A DNA stretch of 43,856 nt from a virus (taxonomy: Duplodnaviria; Caudoviricetes), in IMG/VR virus record IMGVR_UViG_3300049982_000052, positions 1 through 43,856 of that record; one strand, given 5' to 3'. Position numbers and translations under genes: made by a program. The stretch's first letter is position 1. Every line of letters begins with the position of its first letter. Below, in pieces: positions 1 through 7,926 of the stretch. The notes beneath the pieces are model-generated. The model ran no database searches and was not told the origin of the DNA. It saw only the letters and a list, made by a program, of their open reading frames with translations.

Positions 1-66
1 GTCACTATGCGGAGACCTCTCCGGATTTTTCGTGACCCTCTGTAAGGTAAAGCCCTGAGCTACACC

Positions 67-492
67 TTACGCAGCATCACCAGTCACGGATCGTGATGCT
101 GGGGCGGTAGTCACTGGTCCTAGTGTGTCAGGTTCGTACTTTGCCCACCATGACTTGACCGCAGCTATCTGCACCTTCAATGGTGGTCGTGGTCTGTTGC
201 GTGCTATCACTCGCTTGACGCACTCATGCTCGGGTGTCGTGACCACTGTCGTCTCAGTCGCGCTCACTAGTGCCGCCGCCTTGGCCCTGGCTGTACGGGT
301 AGCACCTGACCTGATGACCACAGCCTGTGCGTCGAGGTCACGGTTGAGGTGCTCGAGTGCTGCCTTGAACCTGGCCTCGCTGTTGCCCCATTGCGGGTCG
401 TCGATGTCGTACACCTTCAGCCCCAGTGAGTGGGCGAGTGTGGTCTTGCCTGCACCAGGTGGGCCGCAGACCAGGACTACCCGCCTCACCAT
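67..492 (-). CDS. Small P-loop NTPase (AAA/kinase-like)
   Basis: Walker A GPPGAGKTT after a hydrophobic strand. Start moved to ATG 492 (or GTG 489), coupled to the HNH stop. Confidence 0.75.
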   Translation of the reverse strand: MVRRVVLVCGPPGAGKTTLAHSLGLKVYDIDDPQWGNSEARFKAALEHLNRDLDAQAVVIRSGATRTARAKAAALVSATETTVVTTPEHECVKRVIARNRPRPPLKVQIAAVKSWWAKYEPDTLGPVTTAPASRSVTGDAA

Positions 493-761
493 TCGCGTAC
501 GGTCATGGCCTTGGCTGCGTTGGTCACTGCCGCACCGTTGCGTCCACCCGTGGACTCGTTGCACTTGACGCATTCGACACCGCGGTACTTGGTCCGGTCG
601 TGATCGTCATGCCCCAGCTGCCAGTCGCCACCGGGCGGGATGGCGGTACCGCAGCGCCAGCACTCGGCTGCGCCTGCGTCTACCACCTTCTGGTACTCGG
701 CACGCTTGACCTGGTGGGCGTGGCCGTAGCCGCGGGCCGTGGTGCTGCCGGCGCTAGGCAT
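486..761 (-). CDS. HNH-type endonuclease, terminase-associated
   Basis: RGYGHAHQ..CWRCG..LGHDDH..ECVKCN pattern. Typical position just before cos/TerS. Confidence 0.8.
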   Translation of the reverse strand: MPSAGSTTARGYGHAHQVKRAEYQKVVDAGAAECWRCGTAIPPGGDWQLGHDDHDRTKYRGVECVKCNESTGGRNGAAVTNAAKAMTVREW

Positions 762-888
762 TGCCCTTGCCTTGCAGCTTGGCTCTCCACTTGTCCACCA
801 CTGTCTCCCAGGTTTGCACGAGCGGCATCTCGTAGGTCTGGGGTTCAGTCTTGGTGGGGCGGTGACGGCCTCGAGAACGCAGCGGCAC
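754..888 (-). CDS. Small hypothetical protein (44 aa)
   Basis: Manual translation MPLRSRGRHRPTK...LQGKGNA. GGTGG-like RBS; overlaps the HNH start. Confidence 0.45.
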   Translation of the reverse strand: MPLRSRGRHRPTKTEPQTYEMPLVQTWETVVDKWRAKLQGKGNA

Positions 889-899
889 GAGCTATCACC

Positions 900-1320
900 A
901 CCCTGAGTCGAACGAGCCAGTGTGGTCGCCTGTGGCGGCCCTTGTGCATGCCACCCCCAGTGGCGGGTGTTACTCAGCGTGGCTGGACTCAGGGTCTCGG
1001 CCCGTGTTTTCGGAAACCCGGTTACAGCGTGTGCATACCGAAGGCCCGGCTACTCAGGTGGGGTAGCCGGGCCTCGCGGTGTTTCACTTAGGCCGGGGTT
1101 CACACGAGGTGAGCCCCGGCCGTAAGGCACCAACTCAACGATGCGAGTTGGGTGCAGCTACACGCCCGGTGGTCGAGCGTGGTGATCATGGGGTTGAGTG
1201 GAAGCGCATCTCTGACGCTTCGGCAACTGGCGCTTTCGCCCCAGGCTCCCTGAGGACCCAAAGACTAGGGCTCACTCAACGATCAGGCGGCTGGCTCCAG
1301 CAACACGTCAGCCAGTCAAG
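900..1320 (-). ncRNA. Putative structured RNA in the late-transcript leader
   Basis: No convincing gene. Consecutive inverted repeats at 900-909/986-995, 1042-1053/1063-1074, 1091-1103/1109-1121, 1127-1155, 1161-1181 and 1193-1200/1273-1280. Confidence 0.5.
1189..1280 (-). ncRNA. tRNA-like cloverleaf ending in CCA (non-decoding)
   Basis: 8-bp closing stem GTTGAGTG/CACTCAAC followed by C-CCA. Three internal arms; the middle arm is capped by GAAA instead of an anticodon loop. Confidence 0.45.
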
Positions 1321-1350
1321 CAACAGCATAGGAGACGGAGCGAGTCAAGG

Positions 1351-2124
1351 TCACGAAGCCTGCTCACTCGGCGTGTTGCCTGAGGCTAGCATCACCAGAT
1401 CGTCGAAGAGGTAGACCCGCTTGCCCTCGATCTCACCATGGCTGGTGAGCCGTTTCCGCAGGTTCCACTTCTCGACGGTCTTCTGTGACACCTGCACCCC
1501 GAGTCTACCGAGCAGGATCGTCGCTTCCCGTGCTGTGACGAGCTTGCCCGTGAGTTCACCTCGCATCCACGCCAGCATGTCGGGGACGCTGTACTCCACA
1601 CCACAGGGGCGGCATTCGACGGTGGCCGCGTCAGGCTTGGCGTACATGTCCTTGCCGCAGTCGGCGCATGGTCCTGCGTAGACCTTGGGTGCGGGGCGGT
1701 CCACGATCTTGCGGATCTCCCGTACCACCGAGATGATCTCCTCCACTGCCTCGTGGCCTGCCTTGTGGTGACGGAGCCAGGTGACGTGCACCAGCATCCA
1801 GCCGGCCACCGCACTCGGAGTGTCGGTGTCGGGTAGTACCCTTCCGCGTTCCTCGGAGATGAGGCGGCACCAGGTGGACAGGGTGTTGCGCAGGACGTAA
1901 CCAAGCTCGGATGCGGTGGGGTTGAACGGCAGCGCTTTCTCCGAGCCCCCGCGGCCCTCGGCGTCGCTGTAGCGGGCCTGCTTGGTGAGGACGACGTCCA
2001 GCTCCACCCAGAGGGCGCCGACGTCTCCCAGAGCCACTGAGAGCCTGTCGGCGTGGCCCTGGCACACGTATGCCTGGTCAGGTGTGGGGCGTCCGCAGGA
2101 GTCGACCTGGCACTCGGTGCTCAC
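1351..2124 (-). CDS. Zn-finger plus C-terminal HTH DNA-binding protein, probable late-gene regulator
   Basis: Cys pairs (CADC, CRPC) and C-terminal wHTH-like TAREA...QKTVEKW. Last gene of the early operon, upstream of a TATGCT -10-like box (1325-1330). Confidence 0.65.
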   Translation of the reverse strand: MSTECQVDSCGRPTPDQAYVCQGHADRLSVALGDVGALWVELDVVLTKQARYSDAEGRGGSEKALPFNPTASELGYVLRNTLSTWCRLISEERGRVLPDTDTPSAVAGWMLVHVTWLRHHKAGHEAVEEIISVVREIRKIVDRPAPKVYAGPCADCGKDMYAKPDAATVECRPCGVEYSVPDMLAWMRGELTGKLVTAREATILLGRLGVQVSQKTVEKWNLRKRLTSHGEIEGKRVYLFDDLVMLASGNTPSEQAS

Positions 2125-2675
2125 GAGACCTCCATGTTCGGATCGCAGCAGTCATGCGGGCACTGCGCCTTGTGGCCTTCGGCCTGGCATGGCGTCTGAT
2201 CCCAACCTGTCTGGCGGCAGTTGATGCACCCCGGTCCCGGCTGGCGACCGTCAGGTGAGCAGGTCACGCAGGCGTGAGCATGCGGATAGCGCTTCCTGAC
2301 AGCTTGGCGGTCCTCGGACACCTCCGAGTGCCTGGGAACCCCTGAAGTAGCGTCAGAGGCGGCACCAGAGGGCTGCGAGCGGGCGGCGCGGATCTCTTCA
2401 AGCCGCAGATAGCCCTCCTTGTCGATCTGCACGTCGACGTAGCTGATGCGCGGGTCCTCGACCTGCCAGTCCTCGCCGAGGCTGATCTCGTCGGCGATCT
2501 GCTCCCACGCTTCAGCCTTGCCGAGTTCGCGTCCGAGCCTCGTAGCTGTCTCGGTGAGTACCTTCACCTCAGCAGCGGTGTACGTGGCGTTCTCCAGGCG
2601 CTTCTCGTGCTGCTTGGCCTTGCCGAACTGGCGGCGTTCCTGCTGCTCGGCGCGGAAGGCGTCTCGGTCACTCAC
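2121..2675 (-). CDS. Hypothetical protein with Cys-rich C-terminus
   Basis: ORF in the coupled operon; start reassigned to GTG 2675. Confidence 0.55.
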   Translation of the reverse strand: MSDRDAFRAEQQERRQFGKAKQHEKRLENATYTAAEVKVLTETATRLGRELGKAEAWEQIADEISLGEDWQVEDPRISYVDVQIDKEGYLRLEEIRAARSQPSGAASDATSGVPRHSEVSEDRQAVRKRYPHAHACVTCSPDGRQPGPGCINCRQTGWDQTPCQAEGHKAQCPHDCCDPNMEVS

Positions 2676-2808
2676 GAGGCGCCTGCGGGGTGTAAGGCGG
2701 GCGCAGCGCGGAGCAGGTACGGTCGTGCCAGACACGACCACCGCATGACGCACAAGGTGAGCACTCGGACGCGGCCTTGAGAAGGATGCGAAGCCAGAAG
2801 TTAGCCAT
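2668..2808 (-). CDS. Small Cys-containing hypothetical protein
   Basis: MANFWLRILL... with GGAG RBS; overlaps its neighbours. Confidence 0.5.
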   Translation of the reverse strand: MANFWLRILLKAASECSPCASCGGRVWHDRTCSALRPPYTPQAPRE

Positions 2809-3355
2809 TGGTTGTCTCCTGTTCGGTGTAGGGGGTGGCAAGGGGTACGAAGCGGCCAGGAATCTCGACGCCAGCAAGGCGGGCAGCCTCAGCAGACCCG
2901 TAGGCCACAAGCACGGACGGGGCACCCGAGTTCATGTCGGCGCGCTGACCGTTGCGGTAGTGGAACGTCAGTCGGCCCTTGAGGAACAGCAGCGCCGAGG
3001 CTCGGGGCCATACATGGCTGAACCACAACATGGTCTCGGTGCGGGCGAAGATGCACGCCAGCCCATTGCGGTGCTCAGCAAGTCGATGCAGCCATTTGCC
3101 CGCGTGGGCATAGGGCGGATTGAGCCAGACGCGCCCATGCCACGGCTGAGACAGGCCGTCATCCTCGATCGTGTAGTGCTTCGTCGCCGTGTTCCACGGT
3201 CGGGTGATCGGACTGCAGGGATCGAGGTCGAATGTCCCGAGTGCCTCAATCAGCCAGGGTGGGGTGAGCCACTCGTCAGTTCCACCGATGGCGCTCTGGT
3301 GAGAACCCATCGCGCGACGGTCGGTGCCCTCGTGGCCGAATAGGTCCACGCTCAT
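2801..3355 (-). CDS. Phage Dam-like DNA N6-adenine methyltransferase
   Basis: DEWLTP, FDLDPC, DGLSQPW, WLNPPY and ARTET motifs. Confidence 0.9.
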   Translation of the reverse strand: MSVDLFGHEGTDRRAMGSHQSAIGGTDEWLTPPWLIEALGTFDLDPCSPITRPWNTATKHYTIEDDGLSQPWHGRVWLNPPYAHAGKWLHRLAEHRNGLACIFARTETMLWFSHVWPRASALLFLKGRLTFHYRNGQRADMNSGAPSVLVAYGSAEAARLAGVEIPGRFVPLATPYTEQETTNG

Positions 3356-3579
3356 TTTGAGTCTCCGAGATCCTTCAGGCGGTAGTAGTTCTCGCCTTTA
3401 TGGCTGATCACGTCCAAGTCGGCGGAGATAAAGGTCTCGGGACCCAGAACCATCGCATCGCCACTCGCGTGCGGGTATTCGGGCAGTGGAGGTGCGGCGG
3501 CGGTCCAAGACATCGAGTCCGTCGACCCGTCCCACTCATTCAGCACGGTGTCGATTTGATCGACCACTGGCTCATTCAT
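3352..3579 (-). CDS. Hypothetical protein
   Basis: ATGA-coupled ORF. Confidence 0.6.
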   Translation of the reverse strand: MNEPVVDQIDTVLNEWDGSTDSMSWTAAAPPLPEYPHASGDAMVLGPETFISADLDVISHKGENYYRLKDLGDSK

Positions 3580-3722
3580 TCGGTCTCCTCGGTGTAGGGG
3601 CCTGCGTAGTCAGCGGCCAGGTCGTTCAGGTGCGCTGCGAGCTCCGGATCGAACGCCAGCAGACGGCCAGCGGCGTCACGCAGGATGTCCTTGGCTACCG
3701 GGGCGAGGATCTCGAAGGTCAT
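3576..3722 (-). CDS. Hypothetical protein (48 aa)
   Basis: MTFEILAPV..., ATGA-coupled to the helicase stop. Confidence 0.55.
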   Translation of the reverse strand: MTFEILAPVAKDILRDAAGRLLAFDPELAAHLNDLAADYAGPYTEETE

Positions 3723-4929
3723 GCGAACTCCCTCTGGGTGCGGAGCCAGTCCTCGTCGCTGGCCTTCGGGTCGATCGGGGTCCATGGCCACAACCCGCCC
3801 CGCTTGATCCGCTGCGGCCAGTTGCGCTCGTCGCGGTCGCCACGCCACGCGACCATGTCCACATCGCCGACCTCGTTCCAGCGGAGGCCGTAGCCGAACT
3901 CGGGCCAGCCCATCAATGCCGCCGAGCCGCGGGGACGCATGTTGCGCTCGTCGCCCTTCGTGGTGGCGTGGCCGGCATGCGCCTCCAGTACCAGCGTGAT
4001 CCCGCGGGCCCGCAGCGAGTCCAGTGCCGAGATGACAGGGGCCACGTGGTCGTCGGTCTGCAATGCCCTCGGGGCGAGCTTGTACAGCGGGCCGATCACC
4101 AGCAGGTCGGGCTGGGTGGCATCGAGGACGCGATTGACCCATGACAGGTCCTTGTCCTTGACGATGTCGATTCCGCCCGGGCGGCAGTCGATCGACACCC
4201 GGTCGGACGGGTCCTTGCCCTGCGTCTTGGCCTGCAGCCACATCGCGTGGAGTTGGCGCTTCACGTGCCGCTCCGTGTTTTCGAGGTCGATGATGTGCGC
4301 CCGGATCGGCTGCATCGGGTCGCGGGTGAAGGGGTGGATTCCTGCGGCGCCCATGAGTGCGAGCTGCCGCAGGAAGACGCTTTTCCCAGGCCCTCCTCCC
4401 CGGTGATCACCAGTCGGTCCATGCGTTCCAGCAGCTGCGGTATGACCCAGTCGTAGGGCTCCTCGGGCTTGCTCATCAACTCACCGAGGGTCTGGGTCTC
4501 GATGTCCGGTGCGCCCAAGTCGCGGATCCTGGTGAGGTTGTTGACCGCCTCCGACACAAGCGACTGCGGGTCAGTCTCGAGGTCCTCGGCGCGTTGGCGC
4601 ATCCGGATCGCTTGGGCGATCACCTCACGCCGGCGCGCGAATCCCCGAACCGTGGAGGCGTGGTGCTCTACCGAGTCCGGGACGGCGGGGTTGGTGACGA
4701 TCGCCAGGTGTACGCCCATCAGGTGCTTGTTGCCGTTCAGAGCCACCTGGACCGCCATGGCGTCCGTGGGCTTGCCTTCGGCCTTCAACTCGCGCAGAAC
4801 GGCCCACAGGCGCTGGTGGGACATGTTTGCGAAGTCCGTGGAGGTGAGGATCGCGGTCGCGCGCTCCAGTGCCAGGGGTGACTGGTAGCAGCAGGACAGG
4901 ACGGACTGCTCAGCGAGGTCATCGTTCAT
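3719..4929 (-). CDS. DnaB-like replicative helicase (N-terminal DnaB domain plus RecA/AAA_25-type domain), joined by a -1 frameshift at 4381-4387
   Basis: N-part has AEQSVL..DF...HQRLW. Walker A GEEGLGKS is restored only by a -1 shift. C-part has IDLEN, DLLVIGP, LEAHAGH and RPRGSAALMGWPE. About 403 aa when joined. Confidence 0.85.
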
Positions 4930-5576
4930 CCCGCCTCCCCAAAATCGAGCACGCCTTGGCTGAGACGGCTAGCGATGAGGTCGCAATAGCGCTCTTCGAG
5001 CTCAACCCCGATCACCTTGCGCCCCATCGCCTTCGCAGCAACGAGGGTCGTACCGCTGCCAGCGAACGGGTCGGCTACGACGCCGTCGGTCCATTCGATC
5101 AATTGCTCCATCAGGTAAGGCGGCTTGGCATGGGGGTGCTCGTTCAGGTAGCGCGCCTTACCTCCATCTGTCGCGAGCACGGACGATCGCAAGGGCGGGC
5201 GCGCGGGCCAGTTCCCCATCAGGAAGATCAGCTCGGTGTCCAGGCGGTAGCCGGTTGTGCTACCGACGATCCCGGCGTCTACCGGCTTCCTCCAGATAAG
5301 GACCTGCTTGTGTGGCGGGAACGGTGCGCGCCAGGAACCGAAGACCACGGCAGGGCGCGGACCCCACATGCTGAGAATTGTGTCGCGGCAGGTGGTGTCC
5401 TGGTCGTTGATGATGCCTTTGTGCGCGTATGACTTAGCGCGCCTGTTGGTGCCCTTAGTCCAGCCGATGCCGTACGGCGGATCCGTGACAAGCACGTCGG
5501 CAGCCAGCCACTCCGTGACTTCGCGGCAATCGCCGTGGTAGAGCGTGACCGACTCGTCTTCGTAGTAGGGCTTCAC
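4926..5576 (-). CDS. DNA N4/N6 methyltransferase (beta class)
   Basis: LYHGDC, TDPPY, HPHAKP, DPFAGSGTT and GVEL motifs. Confidence 0.92.
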   Translation of the reverse strand: MKPYYEDESVTLYHGDCREVTEWLAADVLVTDPPYGIGWTKGTNRRAKSYAHKGIINDQDTTCRDTILSMWGPRPAVVFGSWRAPFPPHKQVLIWRKPVDAGIVGSTTGYRLDTELIFLMGNWPARPPLRSSVLATDGGKARYLNEHPHAKPPYLMEQLIEWTDGVVADPFAGSGTTLVAAKAMGRKVIGVELEERYCDLIASRLSQGVLDFGEAG

Positions 5577-6622
5577 TGGAACCTCGCCCGTACGTCGTCC
5601 TTGGCGTACCCGTTCCGCCGACCGTCAGGAGACTGGCCGCCCGGGATGAGCGTGAGCGGCTGGTCGTCCCACCGCTCGCCGTTCAGCCAGGTCGAAGGGT
5701 GAGCGGTGAACTTCAGGTCCGGCTTGGATGCGGCGAGAGCGACCGCAGCCGCGATGAGCGTCTGTGGGTCAGTCTTCTTGACCGCCTTGTCCCAAGCCTT
5801 GCGAGCGTTTCCCTTGTCGGTCTTCCGCGGATAGGCCTGCCAGAACTCATCGAACAGGGGATCCGATGAGGTCGCGCGCGCGGTAGTCCTTTTCCTCTTC
5901 CCTTCCTCTTCCTTTCCCTTCCCTTCCGGCGGTGAACCAGACACGGAATCGCTCACTGATCCATTCACTGAATCAGCCACTGAATGGGGCTGTGAGTCGC
6001 TCACGCCGAGCAGACGGGCCACGCTGCGCGGGATCCTGAACGATTCAATGGGCCGGTCACCCCGTCCCTTATTGCAGGAGATGTGGCTGTTGCGGATGTT
6101 CCCCGGGTGGTCCGAGCCACCCTTGGAGCGGGGGACGACGTGATCCGGGCTCGGATCCAGATCGCCGGTACCCTTCGTGGGGCCGACAATGAGCGCCGGC
6201 GTCTCGTTGGTCGGATACCCACAGAGGTGGCAGATGTAGCCGTCCCGCTTGGCGTACAGGAGCCTTATCGCAGACAACTGCAGGCTCGGAGGAGGCAGCT
6301 TGCTCGGCTGCGGGCGGTTGACACGCTGATGCTTGTGGAAGTTGACGATCATCCCGAGCTGCTGCTGTGACTTACCCCCGCGGTACGGGTAGACCAACCC
6401 CGAAGTCACCAACTCGTTCATCAACTCGTTCACGCGAGTCGCGCCCATATCCTCGTCGTACAGGAACGCCTGGGCTTTGACGTAAGCCACGGTCCAGCGC
6501 AGCAGACCCTCGTCGTCTGCCATGTTGAAGGTCGCGATGAAGAGCAGCCGGGCATCTCTTGAGAGTGTGCCGATCGTCTCGTCTTCCCAGAACTCAGGCT
6601 TCACGGTCCTGATACGTGCCAT
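5573..6622 (-). CDS. Replication initiator protein with an inserted HNH domain
   Basis: N-terminal MARIRTVKPEFW..ADDEG; central RDGYICHLC..DHVVP..GG..N..HISCN..RG; C-terminal FDEFWQAYPRK..HPSTWLNGERWDD. Confidence 0.85.
   Translation of the reverse strand: MARIRTVKPEFWEDETIGTLSRDARLLFIATFNMADDEGLLRWTVAYVKAQAFLYDEDMGATRVNELMNELVTSGLVYPYRGGKSQQQLGMIVNFHKHQRVNRPQPSKLPPPSLQLSAIRLLYAKRDGYICHLCGYPTNETPALIVGPTKGTGDLDPSPDHVVPRSKGGSDHPGNIRNSHISCNKGRGDRPIESFRIPRSVARLLGVSDSQPHSVADSVNGSVSDSVSGSPPEGKGKEEEGKRKRTTARATSSDPLFDEFWQAYPRKTDKGNARKAWDKAVKKTDPQTLIAAAVALAASKPDLKFTAHPSTWLNGERWDDQPLTLIPGGQSPDGRRNGYAKDDVRARFQ
5891..6004. repeat. Probable replication origin: 12-bp iterons plus a polypyrimidine tract inside the initiator gene
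   Basis: Tandem units cacggaatcgct, cactgatccatt, cactgaatcagc, cactgaatgggg, ctgtgagtcgct (5942-6001), next to a C/T-only tract at 5891-5927. Confidence 0.65.
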
Positions 6623-6785
6623 CGGTCACCTCCTTCGTAGTTGGGAACTGCAGGACTGTCGCGTCTCTGGGGACAGCGGTGACACCACGACGCAGCAGCA
6701 TCTGCCGCTTGGCGCGCTGAAGTGCTCGAGCACGCTCGTAGAGGCGCCGGCCGGGGTTGGCCATGGGTGAGGAAGGGTCGGTCAC
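6594..6785 (-). CDS. Hypothetical protein
   Basis: GTGA-coupled to the methyltransferase stop. Confidence 0.5.
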   Translation of the reverse strand: MTDPSSPMANPGRRLYERARALQRAKRQMLLRRGVTAVPRDATVLQFPTTKEVTDGTYQDREA

Positions 6786-7534
6786 GCGACCTCCAACAGC
6801 GAGGCGTGGTCCACGACCAAGCGGCCGATGAGTTCAGCCACCGGGGGGACTACGGCATTTCCGAGGGCGTGGAGACCGGGAGCAGCCAGTTGCTTGGGAA
6901 CCCCATGAGCCACGCGACCCACGTCTGGTTCAGGTAGCCACCCGTATCGCCGCGCAAGGCCACTCGTTGCTCGAGAGCCGGCGCGTCCACTCTCCACTGC
7001 GGCCTGTAGGTGCAGAGGCTGTTCGCGATCGACGCCCTGGGGGTAGGCCACAAGGAACAGCCGCTCACGTGTGTGTGGCGCGCCCATGGCGCACGCTGAT
7101 AGCACTGACCATTCCGCATCGAACCCGAGCTCGGCCAGGTCTCCGAGTATCCGGCCGAAGGCGTGTGCATATCCAAGGAGAGCTGCGACGTTCTCCATGA
7201 CGACGTAGCGGGGTCGTACTGCGCGAACGACTCGTTCCATCGCGGGCCACAGCCAACGGGGGTCGTCCACACCTCGCCCCAGACCTGCGGTCGAAACCGG
7301 CTGGCAAGGCGGTCCGCCGGAAACAACGACAACTGGAGGTCGGGGTTCGCTGAGCCACCAGTCGACAGCGGTGGTGACGTCGTCATGCTTGGGCACCTCC
7401 GGCCAATGGGTTTCTAGTACCGAGCGGCAGTAGTCGTCGAGCTCTACCTGCCCAACGGTGGTGATGCCGGCGCACTCGAGACCCAACTCGAGGCCGCCGA
7501 TGCCTGCGAACAGGCTCAGGTTCGTGAGGCTCAT
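6782..7534 (-). CDS. C5-cytosine DNA methyltransferase, large subunit
   Basis: Motif I LFAGIGG, IV GGPPCQ, VI MENV, VIII HTRERLF, X LGNAVVP. No evident motif IX in this frame. Confidence 0.92.
   Translation of the reverse strand: MSLTNLSLFAGIGGLELGLECAGITTVGQVELDDYCRSVLETHWPEVPKHDDVTTAVDWWLSEPRPPVVVVSGGPPCQPVSTAGLGRGVDDPRWLWPAMERVVRAVRPRYVVMENVAALLGYAHAFGRILGDLAELGFDAEWSVLSACAMGAPHTRERLFLVAYPQGVDREQPLHLQAAVESGRAGSRATSGLARRYGWLPEPDVGRVAHGVPKQLAAPGLHALGNAVVPPVAELIGRLVVDHASLLEVA
6850..7386 (-). CDS. Nested alternative-frame C5 methyltransferase small subunit (TRD/motif IX-like)
   Basis: Same-strand overlapping ORF with LWPTPRAS and LNQTWVAWLMGFPSNW. Confidence 0.7.
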   Translation of the reverse strand: MTTSPPLSTGGSANPDLQLSLFPADRLASRFRPQVWGEVWTTPVGCGPRWNESFAQYDPATSSWRTSQLSLDMHTPSAGYSETWPSSGSMRNGQCYQRAPWARHTHVSGCSLWPTPRASIANSLCTYRPQWRVDAPALEQRVALRGDTGGYLNQTWVAWLMGFPSNWLLPVSTPSEMP

Positions 7535-7926
7535 GCGGCACCTTCCCCGGTGTAGGGGATCCAGCCGCCTTCGTTGTCGAGCAGCACCCACCCGCGGTAC
7601 GTGAGCAGGGGCTCCTTGGATGGGTCGATGTCAGGGTTGTTCATCGGCAGGACCCACCCCTCGTCCTTGCCGCGCTCCCGGTCCTCGTTCTCTACGAGGT
7701 TGTGGCATGAGCCAGGCGTGGTGGCGGACCCGCACATCAGTGCCAGGTTGGCCGGCGACCAGATGCGGTCCTCGGCGCTACCGCCGCGTCCCCTGGCGAT
7801 CCGGTGCTGTACCGAGGCGAGCTTGTACAGCACGTTGGCGCCGCACCGCTGGCAGGTGTTCTGGTCGCGCTCGAGGACGATCCTTCTGGCGGCATCCTTG
7901 ACCGCCCTGGTGGCCTTGGGGCTCAT
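7531..7926 (-). CDS. HNH endonuclease
   Basis: RDQNTCQRCG..QHRIARGRGG..NLALMCG..CH..E. Confidence 0.8.
   Translation of the reverse strand: MSPKATRAVKDAARRIVLERDQNTCQRCGANVLYKLASVQHRIARGRGGSAEDRIWSPANLALMCGSATTPGSCHNLVENEDRERGKDEGWVLPMNNPDIDPSKEPLLTYRGWVLLDNEGGWIPYTGEGAA

Noticed and set aside
795-899. Long imperfect hairpins as part of the ncRNA
   Set aside because: They overlap a plausible 44-aa CDS (754-888), so they were left out of the RNA call.
1821-1842. Second PafBC-like motif TGTCGGTG-N8-TACCCT on the + strand
   Set aside because: Inside and antisense to a CDS, lacks the leading T and has no downstream gene. It may be chance, though an antisense promoter is not excluded.
3719-4929. 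Helicase as a decayed pseudogene
   Set aside because: Single lesion, both halves intact, and the break coincides with an in-phase slippery heptamer and hairpin. Sequencing error remains possible, but decay is unlikely.
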